The position numbers and the translations under genes were made by a program. Shown piece by piece: positions 27,556 to 42,440 of a DNA stretch of 64,000 bases. Numbering within the stretch: position 1 is the stretch's first letter; each line of letters starts with the position of its first letter. Under the pieces are notes generated by a model. The model was not told the DNA's origin and ran no database searches. It saw only the letters and a list, made by a program, of their open reading frames with translations. The stretch covers positions 41,912,001 to 41,976,000 of the forward strand of contig NC_043008.1 in assembly GCF_006345805.1 (NCBI RefSeq). The letters are read 5' to 3'. The stretch is from Octopus sinensis (taxonomy: Eukaryota).

Positions 27556-29324
27556 CATACATATATATGTATGTATATGTGTCTATGCATCTATGTATCT
27601 ATGTGTCTTTGATTTTGTATCTTTCTCTCCTCCACCTGCCAACCGGTAATGCTTTGTTTATATCCTCGTAACTTAGCGGATATAAACAAAAAAAAATACA
27701 AAAAATACAAAAAACTACAAAAGAAAAAAAATAGACACTGGTAGAATATGAACCAGTCGTTTAAAAAGTCTCTAGGGTCAATTTGTTCGACTAAACTATT
27801 TTAGGCGGTGCCGCAGCATAGCGGCAATTCGATGACTAAAAGAATGGAAAATGTAAAAGATAAAGCAGCATTGTCATTGTTTATTCCAAATAATCTGTTG
27901 TCAGCAAATATAAAAACCTAAAATATTATTGAAATATTTACTTTACTTACAATTTTTTGTTATTTAGCTGTAAACTGACATTTTTCTCCTCTGGCTTGAT
28001 TTCGCTTCACCATTTCCATCTCTTAACTTAACAACTCGTACATAAACTAGCGATTTGTGTCTTTCACTCACTCATGGCGTCCTTCATCATATTCCGTGAC
28101 TTCGTACATAAAACAAGATAAATTCTACTTCGTATTTTTCTAAGTTTCACGGTCCACGCTTTCAGTACAAGCAAAGTAAAATCGTTCTTTGATCACACTC
28201 AGAAGCATTATAGACACACACACACACACATAAATATATATAAGTATGTATGTATGTATGTATGTATGTATGTATGTATGTATGTATGTATGTATGCATG
28301 TATGTATGTATATGCATGCATGCAAAAATATATATATATGCATATATACAAACATATATATATGTATAAATATATAGAAACAAATATATATTATATATAT
28401 ATACATGTAAATATATAAATATATACATATATATATACATATAAATATATATATACTTATATATATACATATATGTATATATACATACATATATATATAT
28501 ATGTATATATATATATAGATACATTTATATATACATATACATATATATATACATATATATATATACACATATATATGTGTGTATATATATCATATATATA
28601 CATACAAAAATATACAAATATATAGGTGCATATATACATGCAAATATATATATATATATATATATATGTATATGTATATATACATGCATGTGTGTGCGCA
28701 TGTATATTCGCGTGTATACGTGTGTATTTGTGTTTCTGTGTGTAATGGACAATAGGCAAGTTGTTATGTTTATTTATATCTTTCCTCAAAGCATTCGTAG
28801 GTCGTGTGAAGTTAAATGGATTTTATAAAGCGAAAGAATACTTAAAAACAGAACAAAGAATTGCTGTGATTTGTATGCATTTCCCAATGGTAATAGCAGC
28901 GTAATTGAAATCAAACGGTTTTAACTGAGAAATTTTATCATGTCACGGTGTCCCATTGCTTCCGGGAGTCCACCTTTCACTAAAGAGCCAATGGCGGACA
29001 CTTCTAATTACTATAAAGATGGGAATCTAACCTTCCATCAAACCAGGTGTTGTTGATTTAAAACCAACAACTTAATATCTCTTTCACATCGATGACGGAT
29101 GGCCTGAAGAGCTGACAGAGAAATCGCCGTTATGCCCCCCTTTTCCTCTCCCCTTCAGACAAAGTGTAATCAAGGTGAATCACACGAACTACTCTCTACT
29201 CAAATGATAAGTGTTCCCAATCATACTTCAGATAGTCTGTTTAATGAGTCATCTTTGTAGGGACACATGAACAGGTAATTTTAGGGTACTTTCCTATTAC
29301 AGACAGCCAAATTTTACTTACTAA

Positions 29325-29518
29325 AGGATTAGTAACTGTGTGGTAAGAAGCTTGCAAACCGCATTGTCCTGAGTTCAGTCCCATTGCATGGCACCTTGGG
29401 CAAGTGCCTTTTATTTTAGCTTCCTGCCATCCGAAGCCTTGTGAATGGATTTGTTGGACGAAACTGAAAGAATCCTGTTGTGTATATATGTATATACATA
29501 TTTGTGTGTATGTGTGTA

Positions 29519-29549
<31 letters not shown>

Positions 29550-29725
29550 AGTGTGTGTGTCTTAGTTCTATGTTCTGTGTTAGTCCCCTACCACTGCTTT
29601 AACAACTAACGTTGGTGTGTTTACGTACCTGCAAGTTAGCAGTTCGGTAAAAGTGACCGATGCAATAAGTACCAGGCTTTAAAATAATAGATACTGGGGA
29701 TCGATTCGTTCGACTAAAAAAGTTC
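29325..29725 (+). mobile_element. SINE family A, diverged, near full length
   Basis: Head, internal (TG)n(AG)n and 3' half are collinear with 52928-53348. Confidence 0.8.
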
Positions 29726-29739
29726 TTATCGATCACATT

Positions 29740-29895
29740 CTCACCTGGAATCGAATTTTGTAAGTTTTTCAAAAATTAAAAACGCCCCGACACCGTCGGT
29801 ATCTACATATCAAATTTGAGCGCAATCGGATGGAGGATGCCCGAGATACTCGAAGACACACACACAAACAGACAGAAGGATTTTATATAATAGAT
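29740..29895 (-). mobile_element. Helitron-like non-autonomous element, 5' end
   Basis: Minus strand starts A|TCTATTATATAAAATCC followed by CTGTCTGTTTGTGTG, the usual TC 5' terminus plus microsatellite. Confidence 0.5.
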
Positions 29896-30044
29896 GTGTA
29901 TGTATGTCTCCATTGTGTCTCATCTTATATTGAAAATTTCATATTATCATTTAACATATACACACCCATATATATATATTATATATATATATAATATATA
30001 TATATATATAATTATATTTATTATATTAATATATATATTTTATC

Positions 30045-30077
<33 letters not shown>

Positions 30078-30186
30078 TATATATGAGTGTGTATATATAC
30101 ATAAGTATATATATATGTTTATATAATATATATTCCGTATATATAATATATAATATATACATATAATATATATATATATATATAAT

Positions 30187-30241
<55 letters not shown>

Positions 30242-30667
30242 TTGTATGTGCATACGTGTGTGTGTATGTTATGTCTGTATGTTCTATTGTCACGTGTACG
30301 TACACACTGTGTTTGTAATCTTGAGCTGCGAGTAAAGTAGGGTCCTCAATATGCATAGCAGCGTTGACGCATCTCTTTTTATTAAAGCTGACTGATAATT
30401 TAACGATTAACAAAATTTCGTGTCAACCAGGCTCGAAATTTTAAGCGATGGCTATAATAACTGTCAATTTTAATATACAAAGATAAATGCATATACACAT
30501 ACAAACACTCGTATGGAGATATATGCGCGTGTGTCTGTAAATATATATAAATATGTATATTTGCAAACACACCCACACACTTATATGTGTGTTTGTGTGT
30601 TCTCTCCATCCCACGTGCCTCTTCCAGTATATAAATATAAATATATATGTACACGAATATATATACA

Positions 30668-30701
<34 letters not shown>

Positions 30702-31397
30702 CATACATACATACATACGTACATACATACGTATATACGTACATACATACATACATACATAAGTACATACGTACATACATATACGTACTCGTTGATAATG
30801 TTCGGGATAAATATAAATATATATAGATATACACGTATATATATATACATACTTACATACATACATACATACTTACATACGTACGTACATACATACATAC
30901 ATACATACATACATACATACATACATACATACATACATACATACATACATACATACATACATACATACATACATACGGACGTGCATACATATAGGTACTC
31001 GTAGATGCTGTTCGGGCTAAATTTTGCAATTTGTACAAAAGAACAGAAGACCTAATACATCATCCTAAATTAGAAGTATTTTTACAAATCATATGATAGT
31101 ATCTAGATTATGGTTGAAAGATGACTGTTTAGTCAACGTAGCCACCACGCACTCAAGACGACTCTGAATTTCTCTGAATTTCGTCTGACGAGATAATTTT
31201 CGCTTTTAAGCATTTGTTGCTTATGGTTTCACGAGACATTCACCGCAGTTGAAGGTATTCTGGACAACACATCCATTCATGTTCGATATGCCAATCAATA
31301 TCTGCAACAAAGGTTGATTATTACGCTAATAGCTAATACATACATACATATATACATACATACATACACCCATACACACATAAATATATTCATAAAC

Positions 31398-31818
31398 CCG
31401 GCAACCCTGAGAAATCTGCAGTTACTCTATCCAGATTACAAGTTCAGGTTTATACCTATTGTTATTGGGGCCCCGGGCTATGTAACACACTGCCTAAATA
31501 CCAATCTTGAGGAATTAGGTGTCTCAAAATCAGAAAGGAGAAAGCTAATTCAAAGACTACAGATCCAATCCATCACTGAAACTGTAAAAATCTGTAAAAC
31601 TTTCCAGAAGTTTATCATTTAAAATTATATGAGCACGTCTATGCATGGAAATATATACACGTAGCAAAACATACAAATTTGCATATATGCATGCATGCAT
31701 GCATACAAAAATAACCTGTTGTTTAAGCTGAAATTCCAATGAAGGAGCCTTAGATCTAGGTTAGAAACCGGCTCTTTCTTTATTGGCAAGAAATCTTCAA
31801 ATAAAACAGAACAATGAC
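31398..31818 (+). mobile_element. R4/Dong-clade 3' end with 3' UTR, related to 4029-5610
   Basis: LRNLQLLYPDYKFRFIPIVIGAPG...LQIQSITETVKICKTFQKF parallels 5310-5508. Confidence 0.82.
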
Positions 31819-32341
31819 GTACATGCATACATACATACGTACATACAACACATACATACACACCACATACATACTACATACATACATACATACATACTAC
31901 ATACATACATACCATCATGCATGCATACATACATACATACATACATACATACATAACATACATACATACATATATATACATATATATATATATATATATC
32001 ATAATATATATATAATATATATATATATAGATATATATTATATATATATATATACACGAGTTACAGAATGTTGTAGATGAGATATGGGCTACATATGTTT
32101 CATAGCGAGCGGATACTCAGAAGTGGAAAATATCCAAGTGAGGTATATACTGCAGGCTACTCTTCGGGCCAAGGATATCTTGATTAAATGAAACGTTGAA
32201 CTTTCCAGGCATCAACGTGCACATCCTTGCGATAAATAAGTCGTGTTACTTAGTTCACTGGTAGTGAACAGCTAGCACCGTAGTATATCCCCAGTGTTAG
32301 AAGCTCTGCAAAGACAACGACAATAATAATAATAATAATAA

Positions 32342-32399
<58 letters not shown>

Positions 32400-32457
32400 T
32401 AATGATAATAATAATAATAATAATATAATAATAATAATAGAAAATAATAATAATAAT

Positions 32458-32712
32458 ACTTGTATAAAGATGGGGCTACAGCCACTATTCTGCTCAATAC
32501 CACAGATTTGCTGTCAGTTTTTGTTTGACCTTAAACATTGAGCATGTCCCTTAGTGGCTGACGATGTGTGCATCTCTGATCACACAAGAAGTAACGGGGG
32601 AGCATCATAGCCAGGTGTTGGAAGGGAATGTTTGGGTTTGAATAATTCACCTCTGGAAACATGGTGGGTCTTCTCAAACATCCTTAACAACCCTTATCAG
32701 GGACCTTTTGAG
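32458..32712 (+). mobile_element. Repeat family E, 5' half
   Basis: GTATAAAGATGGGGCTACAG...ATTCTGCTCAATACCACAGATTTG...GGGACCTTTTGAGC, following (AAT)n. Confidence 0.8.
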
Positions 32713-32803
32713 CCCCAGCATAGCCGAAGCCCAAGACTAACAATAAGTAAAAGATAAGAATGAATGTGCATACGTATGTTTGTGCTGTGTAGTATGTATC
32801 TCA

Positions 32804-33225
32804 TTTACTCTTTTACCTTTTACTTGTTTCAGTCATTTGACTGTGGCCGTGATGGAGCACCGCCTTAGTCAACAAATCGACCCAGGATTTATTCTTTGTA
32901 AGCCTAGTACTTATTATAGCGGTCACTTTTGTCGAACCGCTATTTTTACGGGACGTACACACCGCAGCCAGCATCGGTTGTCAAGCGATGCTGGGGGACC
33001 AAACAAAGACAACACAACTATACACACACACATGTATATCTAATATTATACATATATACATGACGCGGCTTCTTACAGTTTCCGTCCTACAAAATCCACT
33101 CACAAGGCTTTGGTCGACCGAAGCTATAGTAGAAGACACTTGCCAAAGGTGCCACGCAGTGGGACTGAACCCGAAACCATGTGGTTGGTAAGCAAGCTAC
33201 TTACCACACAGCCACTCCTACACCT
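32804..33225 (-). mobile_element. SINE family A, full length
   Basis: Reverse complement of 52928-53348 throughout. Confidence 0.88.
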
Positions 33226-33836
33226 AGGTGTACGTAAGTGTATGAATGTATGTACGTGTACATATGTCTATTCATGTATGTATGCATGCATGATGCATGT
33301 ATGCTTGCATGCATGTATGTATGTATGTATGTATGTATGTATGTATGTATGTATGTATGTATGTATGTTTGTATGTATGTATGTATAAACATTAGGCGCT
33401 ACTGAGGAAAATTGAAGAAACGGAGTAAAAGAAACCGAAATTACTGAGACATTCACACGTGAAATGTATTTCAATATAACACAAGTAAAATAAATATATT
33501 GAAATTTATGCAGATTAGATGCGTTTAGCAAGTCTTTTATAAAGACACCAACACTGATTGTAAAAGATCAGGTGTTTAGATTAAAAGAAATAACGGTCAT
33601 AAAACAGTGAAGTAAATTACCCTAATCTTTCTGTGTCTGTTCACCGATATACAACAACAAACGGTAATGAATCTGGCATACGTGTAGCCATTTACATTGT
33701 AAAAACACCCAGAACAGATGAGAGAGAGAGAGAGACTAACATTCAGACACATGACAAAGAGGAACACACGCAGACACACACACACATATATATATATATA
33801 ATCAACTGCGTGTGTATGCATACATATATATACATA

Positions 33837-33869
<33 letters not shown>

Positions 33870-33971
33870 CAATATCCATAGTATATAAAATGTGAATATA
33901 TGATTTATGCATGTGTTGTCTGTGTACGTATATGTATTATATAAAGTGTATTGTATACGAATATATATATT

Positions 33972-34004
<33 letters not shown>

Positions 34005-34137
34005 GCATGTTTATGTTCAAGGGCGCCATATAAACATTCAAACATTTATACACACAGAAAAATATATACGCACGCACACCACCTCACACCACACACACAC
34101 ACACAAACACATACACACGCACACAAATATTTAAAGA

Positions 34138-34169
<32 letters not shown>

Positions 34170-34739
34170 CATATTTAGATATAATTTTTTATACATATAT
34201 ACATATATGCACATATATATATACATATATACACAGGCATACTTATATCAGTATGATGTATATGTATGTATCCCTGTGTATGCGTGCACGCCTCTATATT
34301 TTTGTGGACGTGTGTGTTTCGGCAATATGCGTAGGTTTTTTCGTGGTTAGATGTAAACTTATATGGCAGGGGAGGAGTGATAGCCAGGAATATAAATGGT
34401 CTCATCAAAACACAGACTCAATAAATTTGAATAATACGTTTCTCTCCACATGTCATTCTGATATCAAGTGGTCTGTACTTACATTAAATTGTTGTATATA
34501 ATAGTTAATTTGATGCGTGTATTTCTATTTGTGTATAAGTATACGGACGTGAGTTTGAATGTTTGTGGGGTGTGTATTTGACTGTATGTGCGCCTTGGCT
34601 TACGGTTAAGAGAATTTACATTTTCTATCATATAATATAGATCTTAAAAGAAATTTGAAAGTAATTAGAACGTGGGAGACCACTTGTAGATACATGCACG
34701 TTTATATAAGTATATTATACACATATACCAAAATACACA

Positions 34740-34892
34740 TAGGCTCAATTGCGGCTGTGTGGTTCCCAAACACATGGTTTCTGATTCGGTCCCACTTGCT
34801 GGCGCCTTGGTCAAATGTCTTCAACTATACTTTGGGCCGACCAAAACCTTGTCAGTGCATTTGTTAGACGGAAACTGAAGGAATCCCGTCTC

Positions 34893-34893
<1 letters not shown>
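34740..34893 (+). mobile_element. SINE family A 5' half
   Basis: AGGCTCAATTGCGGCTGTGTGG...GACCAAAACCTTGT...GACGGAAACTGAAG, ending at (TA)n. Confidence 0.75.
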
Positions 34894-34936
<43 letters not shown>

Positions 34937-35032
34937 TTTAAATTTTGTATATTATATTAATTATTTTTATTTCTATGTTTTGGTTTATGTTCTTCACTGT
35001 TTGATTTGCTTAATAGTGGTTTTATCTCTAAT

Positions 35033-35146
<114 letters not shown>

Positions 35147-35407
35147 CATATATATTATTTATATTATATTTATATTTATATTTATATTTATATTTATATC
35201 TTGCTTAGGCATAGCAAGTCTGATAACGTGCTGCAGAACACTATATGCGTATGGTCCGGAACAAAATGTTATATGAGTATAAAGTGGTATTAGAAAATAA
35301 AAGAGATGACAGCTGTTCCTGCTACAGCTTTAAGCTAAAGAATTTCATTGCATAACATGTTTTTTTCCGATATCATGGCGTCATGTCCGTTTTATATATA
35401 TATATAA

Positions 35408-35635
35408 AGGGAGACTTCACGAAAAAAACAAAAGACGAAGACAGGTGGCGTAGAAAACAAACAGATGTATTAGTATAACGCTCGGGAATTGAAAAAGTCT
35501 TTTACGTTTCGAGCCTACGCTCTTCTACAGAAAGGGACACAGAAAAAAACAAGGAGAGCGAGAAAAGGGAGAGAAAGAAAAGGAGAGAGAAAAGGGGAGA
35601 AAAATGTGTGTAGAGGCTACCGATCTATCATGGCG

Positions 35636-35636
<1 letters not shown>
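35408..35636 (-). mobile_element. Penelope-like terminal-repeat fragment, family P1, with hammerhead-like motif at 35499-35534
   Basis: Minus strand CTTT-CTGTAGA-A-GAGCgtagGCTC-GAAA-CG-TA-AAAG with a perfect 4-bp stem I. Confidence 0.65.
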
Positions 35637-35692
<56 letters not shown>

Positions 35693-36219
35693 GGGGGGGA
35701 GAGAGAGAGGGAGAGAGACAGACAGACAGACAGACAAATAGATAGATAGACAGACAGATAGTCAGACAGAGATAGACAGAGCGAGGGACGTATATTATGT
35801 AGGTAGAGTAAAATCCCAGTTCTTTCCCCTTGTAGCACATCTTATTCCATTATTACGACCCAGTATGTAGTTGTTGTCATTGTTGTACATACTAGAGTTG
35901 AAAATCCTGGATATATTGTTTGTAGATATTTTATATAACAAAACATGAAGTTGGAAAATTTTTGTTATTATTCATTTACCATTACACATGTTTAGTCTGC
36001 TAATAGGAATTACATGTTAGACTGATGTGTAACGAATTTCCTAGGATTTCCATTCTGACTTAGTCTCGTCGAATACATCATTGGAGCATGGTTTTACAGC
36101 TTTTATTAACAAGTAAGACTAACTGAATAACCATAAATGCGTGTTTAAATGTACTTATATATATGTGTGAATTGTTTTGTATAAATGTACGTATATATAT
36201 GTATGTATTATTATATATT

Positions 36220-36281
<62 letters not shown>

Positions 36282-36334
36282 CATGTATGTATATGTACAT
36301 ATATGTATATATATATGTATATATATATATATGC

Positions 36335-36417
<83 letters not shown>

Positions 36418-36419
36418 GC

Positions 36420-36632
36420 AAGTGTGGGTATGCTTGTGTGATGTGTGTCTTTGTCCCTCCACGATCGCTTAACAACCGATGTTTACATCCCCGTAACTTA
36501 GAGGTTCGGCAAAAGAGACCAATAGGGTAGGTACTAGGCTTACAAAGAATAAGTCCTAGGTAGATATGCTCGACCAAATGCAGTGCTCTAGCATGACCGC
36601 AGTCAAATTACTGAAGCAAGTAAAAAGAGTAG
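36420..36632 (+). mobile_element. SINE family A 3' half
   Basis: ACAACCGATG...CCCGTAACTTAG.GGTTCGGCAAAAGAGACC...GCATGACCGCAGTC. Confidence 0.8.
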
Positions 36633-36799
36633 AGAAAAAGAAGACATACATACATACATACATACGTACGTACGTACGTACATACATACATACATACATA
36701 CATACATACACATACATACATACATACATACATACGTACATACATATATGTATGTATGTATGTATGTATGTATATGTAATGTGGAATCATAGGTCCTTC

Positions 36800-37003
36800 C
36801 CAAGATATATATATTCCAAGAACGGGACGCCGGTCTGTAGTAGGATTACACATTTTGGCCAACTGAGTGGACTGAACCTCTTACTGGACCAAAGTGAAAT
36901 GATGTTTTTGCTCAAGAACACTACGTATCACCCAGCCCGTGAATCGAAACCACAATCTTACGATCATGAGAGCAACATCCTTAGCCTTTGATCCACTCGC
37001 CTC
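36800..37003 (-). mobile_element. SINE family D, tail type 1, diverged
   Basis: GGGACGCCGGTC...CTGAGTGGACTG...TTTTGCTCAAGAACAC...GAATCGAAACCACAATCTTACGATCATGAG. Confidence 0.75.
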
Positions 37004-37025
37004 TAGATATACATATATATATATA

Positions 37026-37063
<38 letters not shown>

Positions 37064-37221
37064 GATATATATCTTTACATGTATGTATATACGTATGTAA
37101 GCCATATGTGTGTCTGTATGCAGTGTGTATTTATGTATGGATGCACGTACGTATATATGTGTATATATGTATGCACGTATCTATGTATGTTTATATGTAT
37201 GTATGCACGTATGTATGTATG

Positions 37222-37810
37222 ATGTAGGTAGGTAGGTAGGTAGGTAGGTAGGTAGGTAGATGGGTAGGTAGGTAGGTAGGCAGGTAGGTAGTAGGTTGTA
37301 GGTAGGTAGAGAGGTAGGTAGGTAGGTCGGTAGGTAGGTAGGTATGTAGGTAGGTAGTTAGGTAGGTAGGCAGGTAGGTAGGTAGGTAGATAGGTTGGTA
37401 GGTAGGTAGGTAGGTAGGTAGGTAGGTAGGTAGGTAGGTACGTAGGTACGTAGGTAGGTAAGTATGTAGGTTGGTAGGTAGGTATGTAGGTAGGTATGTA
37501 GGTATGTAGGTAGGTAAGTAGGTAGGTAGGTAGGTAGATAGGTAGGTAGGTAGGTAGGTAGGTATGTCTGTAGGTAGTTAGGTAGGTAGGTAAGTAGGAG
37601 GGTAGGTATGTAGGTAAGTAGGTAGGTATGTATTTAGGTAGGTAGGTAGGTAGGTAGGTAGGTAGGTATGCATGTATGTATGTATGTATGTATGTATGTA
37701 GGTAGGTAGGTAGGTAGGTAGGTAGGTAGGTAGGTAGGTAGGCAGGCAGGCAGGCAGGTAGGCAGGCAGGTAGGTAGGTAGGTAGGTAGATAGGTAGGTA
37801 GGTAGGTATC
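37222..37810. repeat. (TAGG)n microsatellite, about 590 bp
   Basis: Read directly. Source of the (PTYL)n ORF. Confidence 0.95.
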
Positions 37811-38348
37811 ATTTCTGTATTGCATTTGATGATTGCAACATGGTAAGAGTTGAAGTTCTAACTCTAGAGCCACTCTTAATGTTCTGCTGTCTATCAGGTA
37901 GAATTATATTGTATTGCGACATTTGTTACGAGTCTTGAAATTCTACGTTTTTTATGAATATAGCTCAGAAAAATGTTTTATTTTCGATGCGCACGATGTT
38001 AATGATGCATTCAGTTTTGCAAATAACATCTTTATTGGTAAATAATGACCATCAGATATAATTCAGATTATTTGTGTGAAAGACAGCTGAAGATATCTCA
38101 CATTTTAGACCGTACTAGAAAGATCTGCTTCAGGCTTACTGGAAGATGTCACTGACATGAATTATATCTGCGCCAATGCGTTGTACGGATATCAGACCTG
38201 GGTTTAACAAAGGGGGAAACAGAAAGTGACAGAGAGGGGGGAGAAGGAGAAGAGAGAGAGAGAGAAAGAGTGAAAGAAATCAACTGCAGTTCTCGATTGA
38301 TTCTCTCTGGAGACATATATACACGCTTGCTTACATAAATGCATCATA

Positions 38349-38398
<50 letters not shown>

Positions 38399-38815
38399 TA
38401 TATATACATATACATATACGTATACATATATATGTATGCATATACATATGTATACACATATGTATATGTATATACATATATACGTATATACATATATATA
38501 TATATATATATATACATATATGTATTTATATATATATATATACATATATATATTTACATATATATATATATATATATTTACATATATATATATATATATC
38601 CATACACATACATTAGTATAACTATATACATATAATATATACTTGACTTGCGTGTGAGTGTGTGTGTATGTGTGTGTGTGTGCGTGTGTGCGTGTGTGTG
38701 TGTATGTATATTGATAGAAATGGCAAGACAACAAAAGAATGAAAGAGACCTCGATATTATGTAAATAGAGGAATTTATCTGTAAATATAATATGTGACAA
38801 TTATTCGGTAGCCAT

Positions 38816-38868
38816 GATAAAACTCCGAGTTTCGGATGTAAACCCACGCCGGCATCTCTTCAGTTATC
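38816..38868 (-). ncRNA. Type I hammerhead ribozyme, canonical core
   Basis: Minus strand GATAA-CTGAAGA-GATG(14 nt)CATC-C-GAAA-CTCGGAG-TT-TTATC: perfect 5-bp stem I, 4-bp stem II, stem III ACTC/GAGT, GUU site. Confidence 0.78.
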
Positions 38869-38944
38869 GGGCCATCGATACGTGGTGCCCCCGATTCGTG
38901 GTGCATATATTTTCAAGTACTTGATTCTATCTTAATTCTTATTT

Positions 38945-39014
<70 letters not shown>

Positions 39015-39019
<5 letters not shown>

Positions 39020-39435
39020 TCTGTGGTAAAATGTCTGTTTTCCAATCACATGGTACCGGGTTTGTCTCACTGCGTGTCACCTTATCAGGTGTCTTCTACA
39101 GTAAGCCTCGGTAAGACCAAAGCCTTGAGGATGGACCTAGTAGACGGAAACTGAAAGAAGCTCGTTGAACATATATTTATATTTGATTGTGTGTCTGCGT
39201 GTGCGCGTGCACGCGCGTGCATATATATATATTTTTCCCCCACCCCCGCTTGATAACCGGTGTTTCTGTGTTTACGTCTCCGTAACTTATGATTTAGCAA
39301 AACTGATTGATATAAGTACTAGGCTTTAAAGGAGGCCATAAGTACTGGGGTCGATTAGTTCGACTAAAATTCCTCAAGGTGGAACCCCAGCATGGCCGCA
39401 GTCTAACGAAGAAAACAAGTGAAAGATTAAAGATA
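39015..39435 (+). mobile_element. SINE family A, near full length
   Basis: Collinear with 52928-53348. Confidence 0.82.
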
Positions 39436-39482
39436 AAACTTCTCTACAAGAGAGAGGTTTAGAACTTTATTGAAACTTCAGT

Positions 39483-39800
39483 GAGGGCGCGTGGCTTAGT
39501 GGTTTGGGCATTCGGCTCATGATCGTAAGGTTGTGAGTTCGATTCCCGGCGACGCGTTGTGTCCTTGAGCAAGACACTTATTTCACGTTGCTCCAGTCCA
39601 CTCAGCTGGCAAAAATGAGTTGTACTTGTATTTCAAGGGTCAGCCTTGTCACTCTCTGTGTCACGCTGATTATCCCCGAGAACTACGTTAAGGGTACACG
39701 TGTCTGTGGAATGCTCAGCCATTTGCACGTTAATTTCACGAGCAAGCTGTTCCGTTGATCGTATCAGCTGGGACCCTCGTCGTCGTAACCGGCGGAGTCT
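39483..39800 (+). mobile_element. SINE family D head/core with tail type 2, full length with 17-bp TSD
   Basis: TTTATTGAAACTTCAGT at both 39466-39482 and 39801-39817. A box TGGCTTAGTGG, B box GTTCGATTCC. Confidence 0.92.
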
Positions 39801-40037
39801 TTTATTGAAACTTCAGTTAACTCTAAGTTCTTGCAGACTATCCATGCATACATTCTATGTAGACGTTTGCAGAATATAATAAGTTATTTAATAAGATGCA
39901 AATGAAATAAAGTACAGCACGACGGGATTTTTACTTTTTCAACTGCAAAAGATGCATGCCTCAGTGAAGTATATTTTATATGAGATCATGTAATTCTCTT
40001 TCCAACGTGAAAAATTAATTAGTTAAATAGATAGAGT

Positions 40038-40078
<41 letters not shown>

Positions 40079-40085
40079 AGACGAC

Positions 40086-40131
<46 letters not shown>

Positions 40132-40463
40132 GAATAACATACGATGGTGCATACCTGGTGCATATATTTTCAAATACCTGGTTCTATCTACATCCTTTTA
40201 TATTATATATATATATATATTATAATACAAATATATATATTTATATATATTGATATAATTCATATAAATATAATATATGTATATTTTCTATAAATATATA
40301 TTATATAATATTATATATATATATATATATTATTTAATATTATATATATATATAATAATAATAATAATGATAATATATTTATAATATTTTATTTAAATAT
40401 ATATATAATTATATATATATATATATAGTATTTTATATAAATATACATATATATATATAATAT

Positions 40464-40495
<32 letters not shown>

Positions 40496-40611
40496 ATATT
40501 TTTTATAAATATATAATATATATATATATATAGTCAAATGAATAACAGCATACGATGGTGCATACGGGGTCCATATCTTTTCAAAACTTGATTCTATCTG
40601 AATCCTTATTT

Positions 40612-40648
<37 letters not shown>

Positions 40649-40988
40649 ACATAATGTAGAAATACATATGTGTATGTGTTTATCTGCATTATTATTATGA
40701 ACGTATATTTATACGTATGTCCGTGTAAACATGTCCGTATATTGGAATTATATAATATATATGGAGAAAGACAGACATAATGAGAGAGAGAGAGAATTGC
40801 TGCATGTTATATTTGCCTTGATGCTTTTCGATGACGAGGACAAAGATGATGATGATCATGATGATGATGGTGGTGGTGGTGGTGGTGGTAGTGGTGGTGG
40901 GGGTGGTATTTGGGATGAAAATGTGACGAAAGTGGTCGTGAAGGTGCTACTACTATTACAACCAAAAGTAGTGGTGGTGGTGGTGGTG

Positions 40989-41033
<45 letters not shown>

Positions 41034-42249
41034 ATCATATTTTCTTCCAACAATATATTTATTTCGAAATTGTTTTTGATGATTTCCAGCTGCGATAGTG
41101 AAATTACTTTTGGCGCCCTAACTGTGGTTATTATACCGTTAGATATTAACAAAATTTTCTTTCAGTTCAGTTTTTGTGAGTGCTTCCATTGTTATTTAGC
41201 TTTGTGAATATATTACCTAAACATAGGTAAGTAAGGACTAGAGTAACTAGTATTATGTAAAGATTGCTATTTGGCAGTTAGTTTAAATACTTTGATAAAA
41301 AGATAAAAAAAGAAAATTATGGAAAGACAGAAAACATCGACTTTTCATCTGATTTGACTTACTTTATATTTTTTTTTTTAAGCTCATTGTTTTTCCTCGA
41401 TGGTGAAATCATTTGAGCACCATATGACCTTTTCGCAGGAGAGGCAATACCTCAGCCAAAATAATATTTACATGGTCGTACGATCTGATAGAAATATCAG
41501 CTAATTTTTTCTTTATATTATAACCTACCGTTTTAAAAATAAAGAGGTACGTATTGGTTACAGTGCTATATACATAAGATCTCGAAAGAGAAGAAATAGT
41601 GAAGAATGATGAAGCGTGATGAAAGGATGAAAGAGGTGAAGGATGGTAAGTATTTGTTCGTAGGTTAGTTACTTTAAGATTAGTATTAAACTAGACGACA
41701 ACAGTAGTGATCAATCGACACGTCAGTGATATGTTCGTTATTACCAGGATTACGTTACTGTTTAATACAAAGCTGTAGTACCTACAGGTATAATTAACAA
41801 TAAAACTTTTAAAGAAAGTAGAGAGAAAGTGAGAGAAAGTTCAGGAGAGGGCGTTCTGTTGCGTAGCTAAAGTATATAGCACCCCAGAACAGGTCTTTCT
41901 TTTGATGTCCCCCACAGTCTATACAGTCTTAAGCAGCGGACTCAAAACTGTCGCCCTCATAATCGATGCAGGCGCAGCTCTCGCCTCTCCATATCCCTGG
42001 CTAGGATACTAAAGGCGTTAGACCTGCATATTACTACTTATAAATAGAAATATTAAATATATATATATATATATATATAATTTCTTATATGTATACTTGT
42101 TGTTCTTACATTTTTGGTGTCTATGTGTGCACCTAGCAGTTATCTTTCAAATGTATGTATGTGTGTATGTGTGTATGTATGTATGCATGTATGTATGTAT
42201 GTATGTATGTATGTATGTATGTATGTATGTATAAATATATGTATGTATG

Positions 42250-42440
42250 GTTAATCCCTACACCTTTTTCTATCTTCTTTTTTCGCCTCCTCTCCTTTTT
42301 TTATCTCTCAATCCTTTCTGTCGAAGAGCGTCGGCTCGAATCGTCAAAGACTTTTCCTTCTTCCCAAGCGTCAAACTATTACACCTGCTTGTCGTTCCTT
42401 ATTTGTCTTCGTCTGTTGTTTTCTGTTGACTGTTTGAACT
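42250..42440 (+). mobile_element. Penelope-like terminal-repeat fragment, family P1, with hammerhead-like motif at 42314-42349
   Basis: CTTT-CTGTCGA-A-GAGCgtcgGCTC-GAAT-CG-TC-AAAG. Confidence 0.6.

Noticed and set aside
39483-39560. tRNA-like sequence with A and B boxes (also at 640-712 and 52928-53000)
   Set aside because: No complete acceptor stem. It continues into a SINE body bounded by a TSD, so it is a SINE head and not a tRNA gene.
40731-41207. 158-aa ORF with poly-D, poly-G and poly-V
   Set aside because: Product of (GAT)n, (GGT)n and (GTA)n microsatellites.
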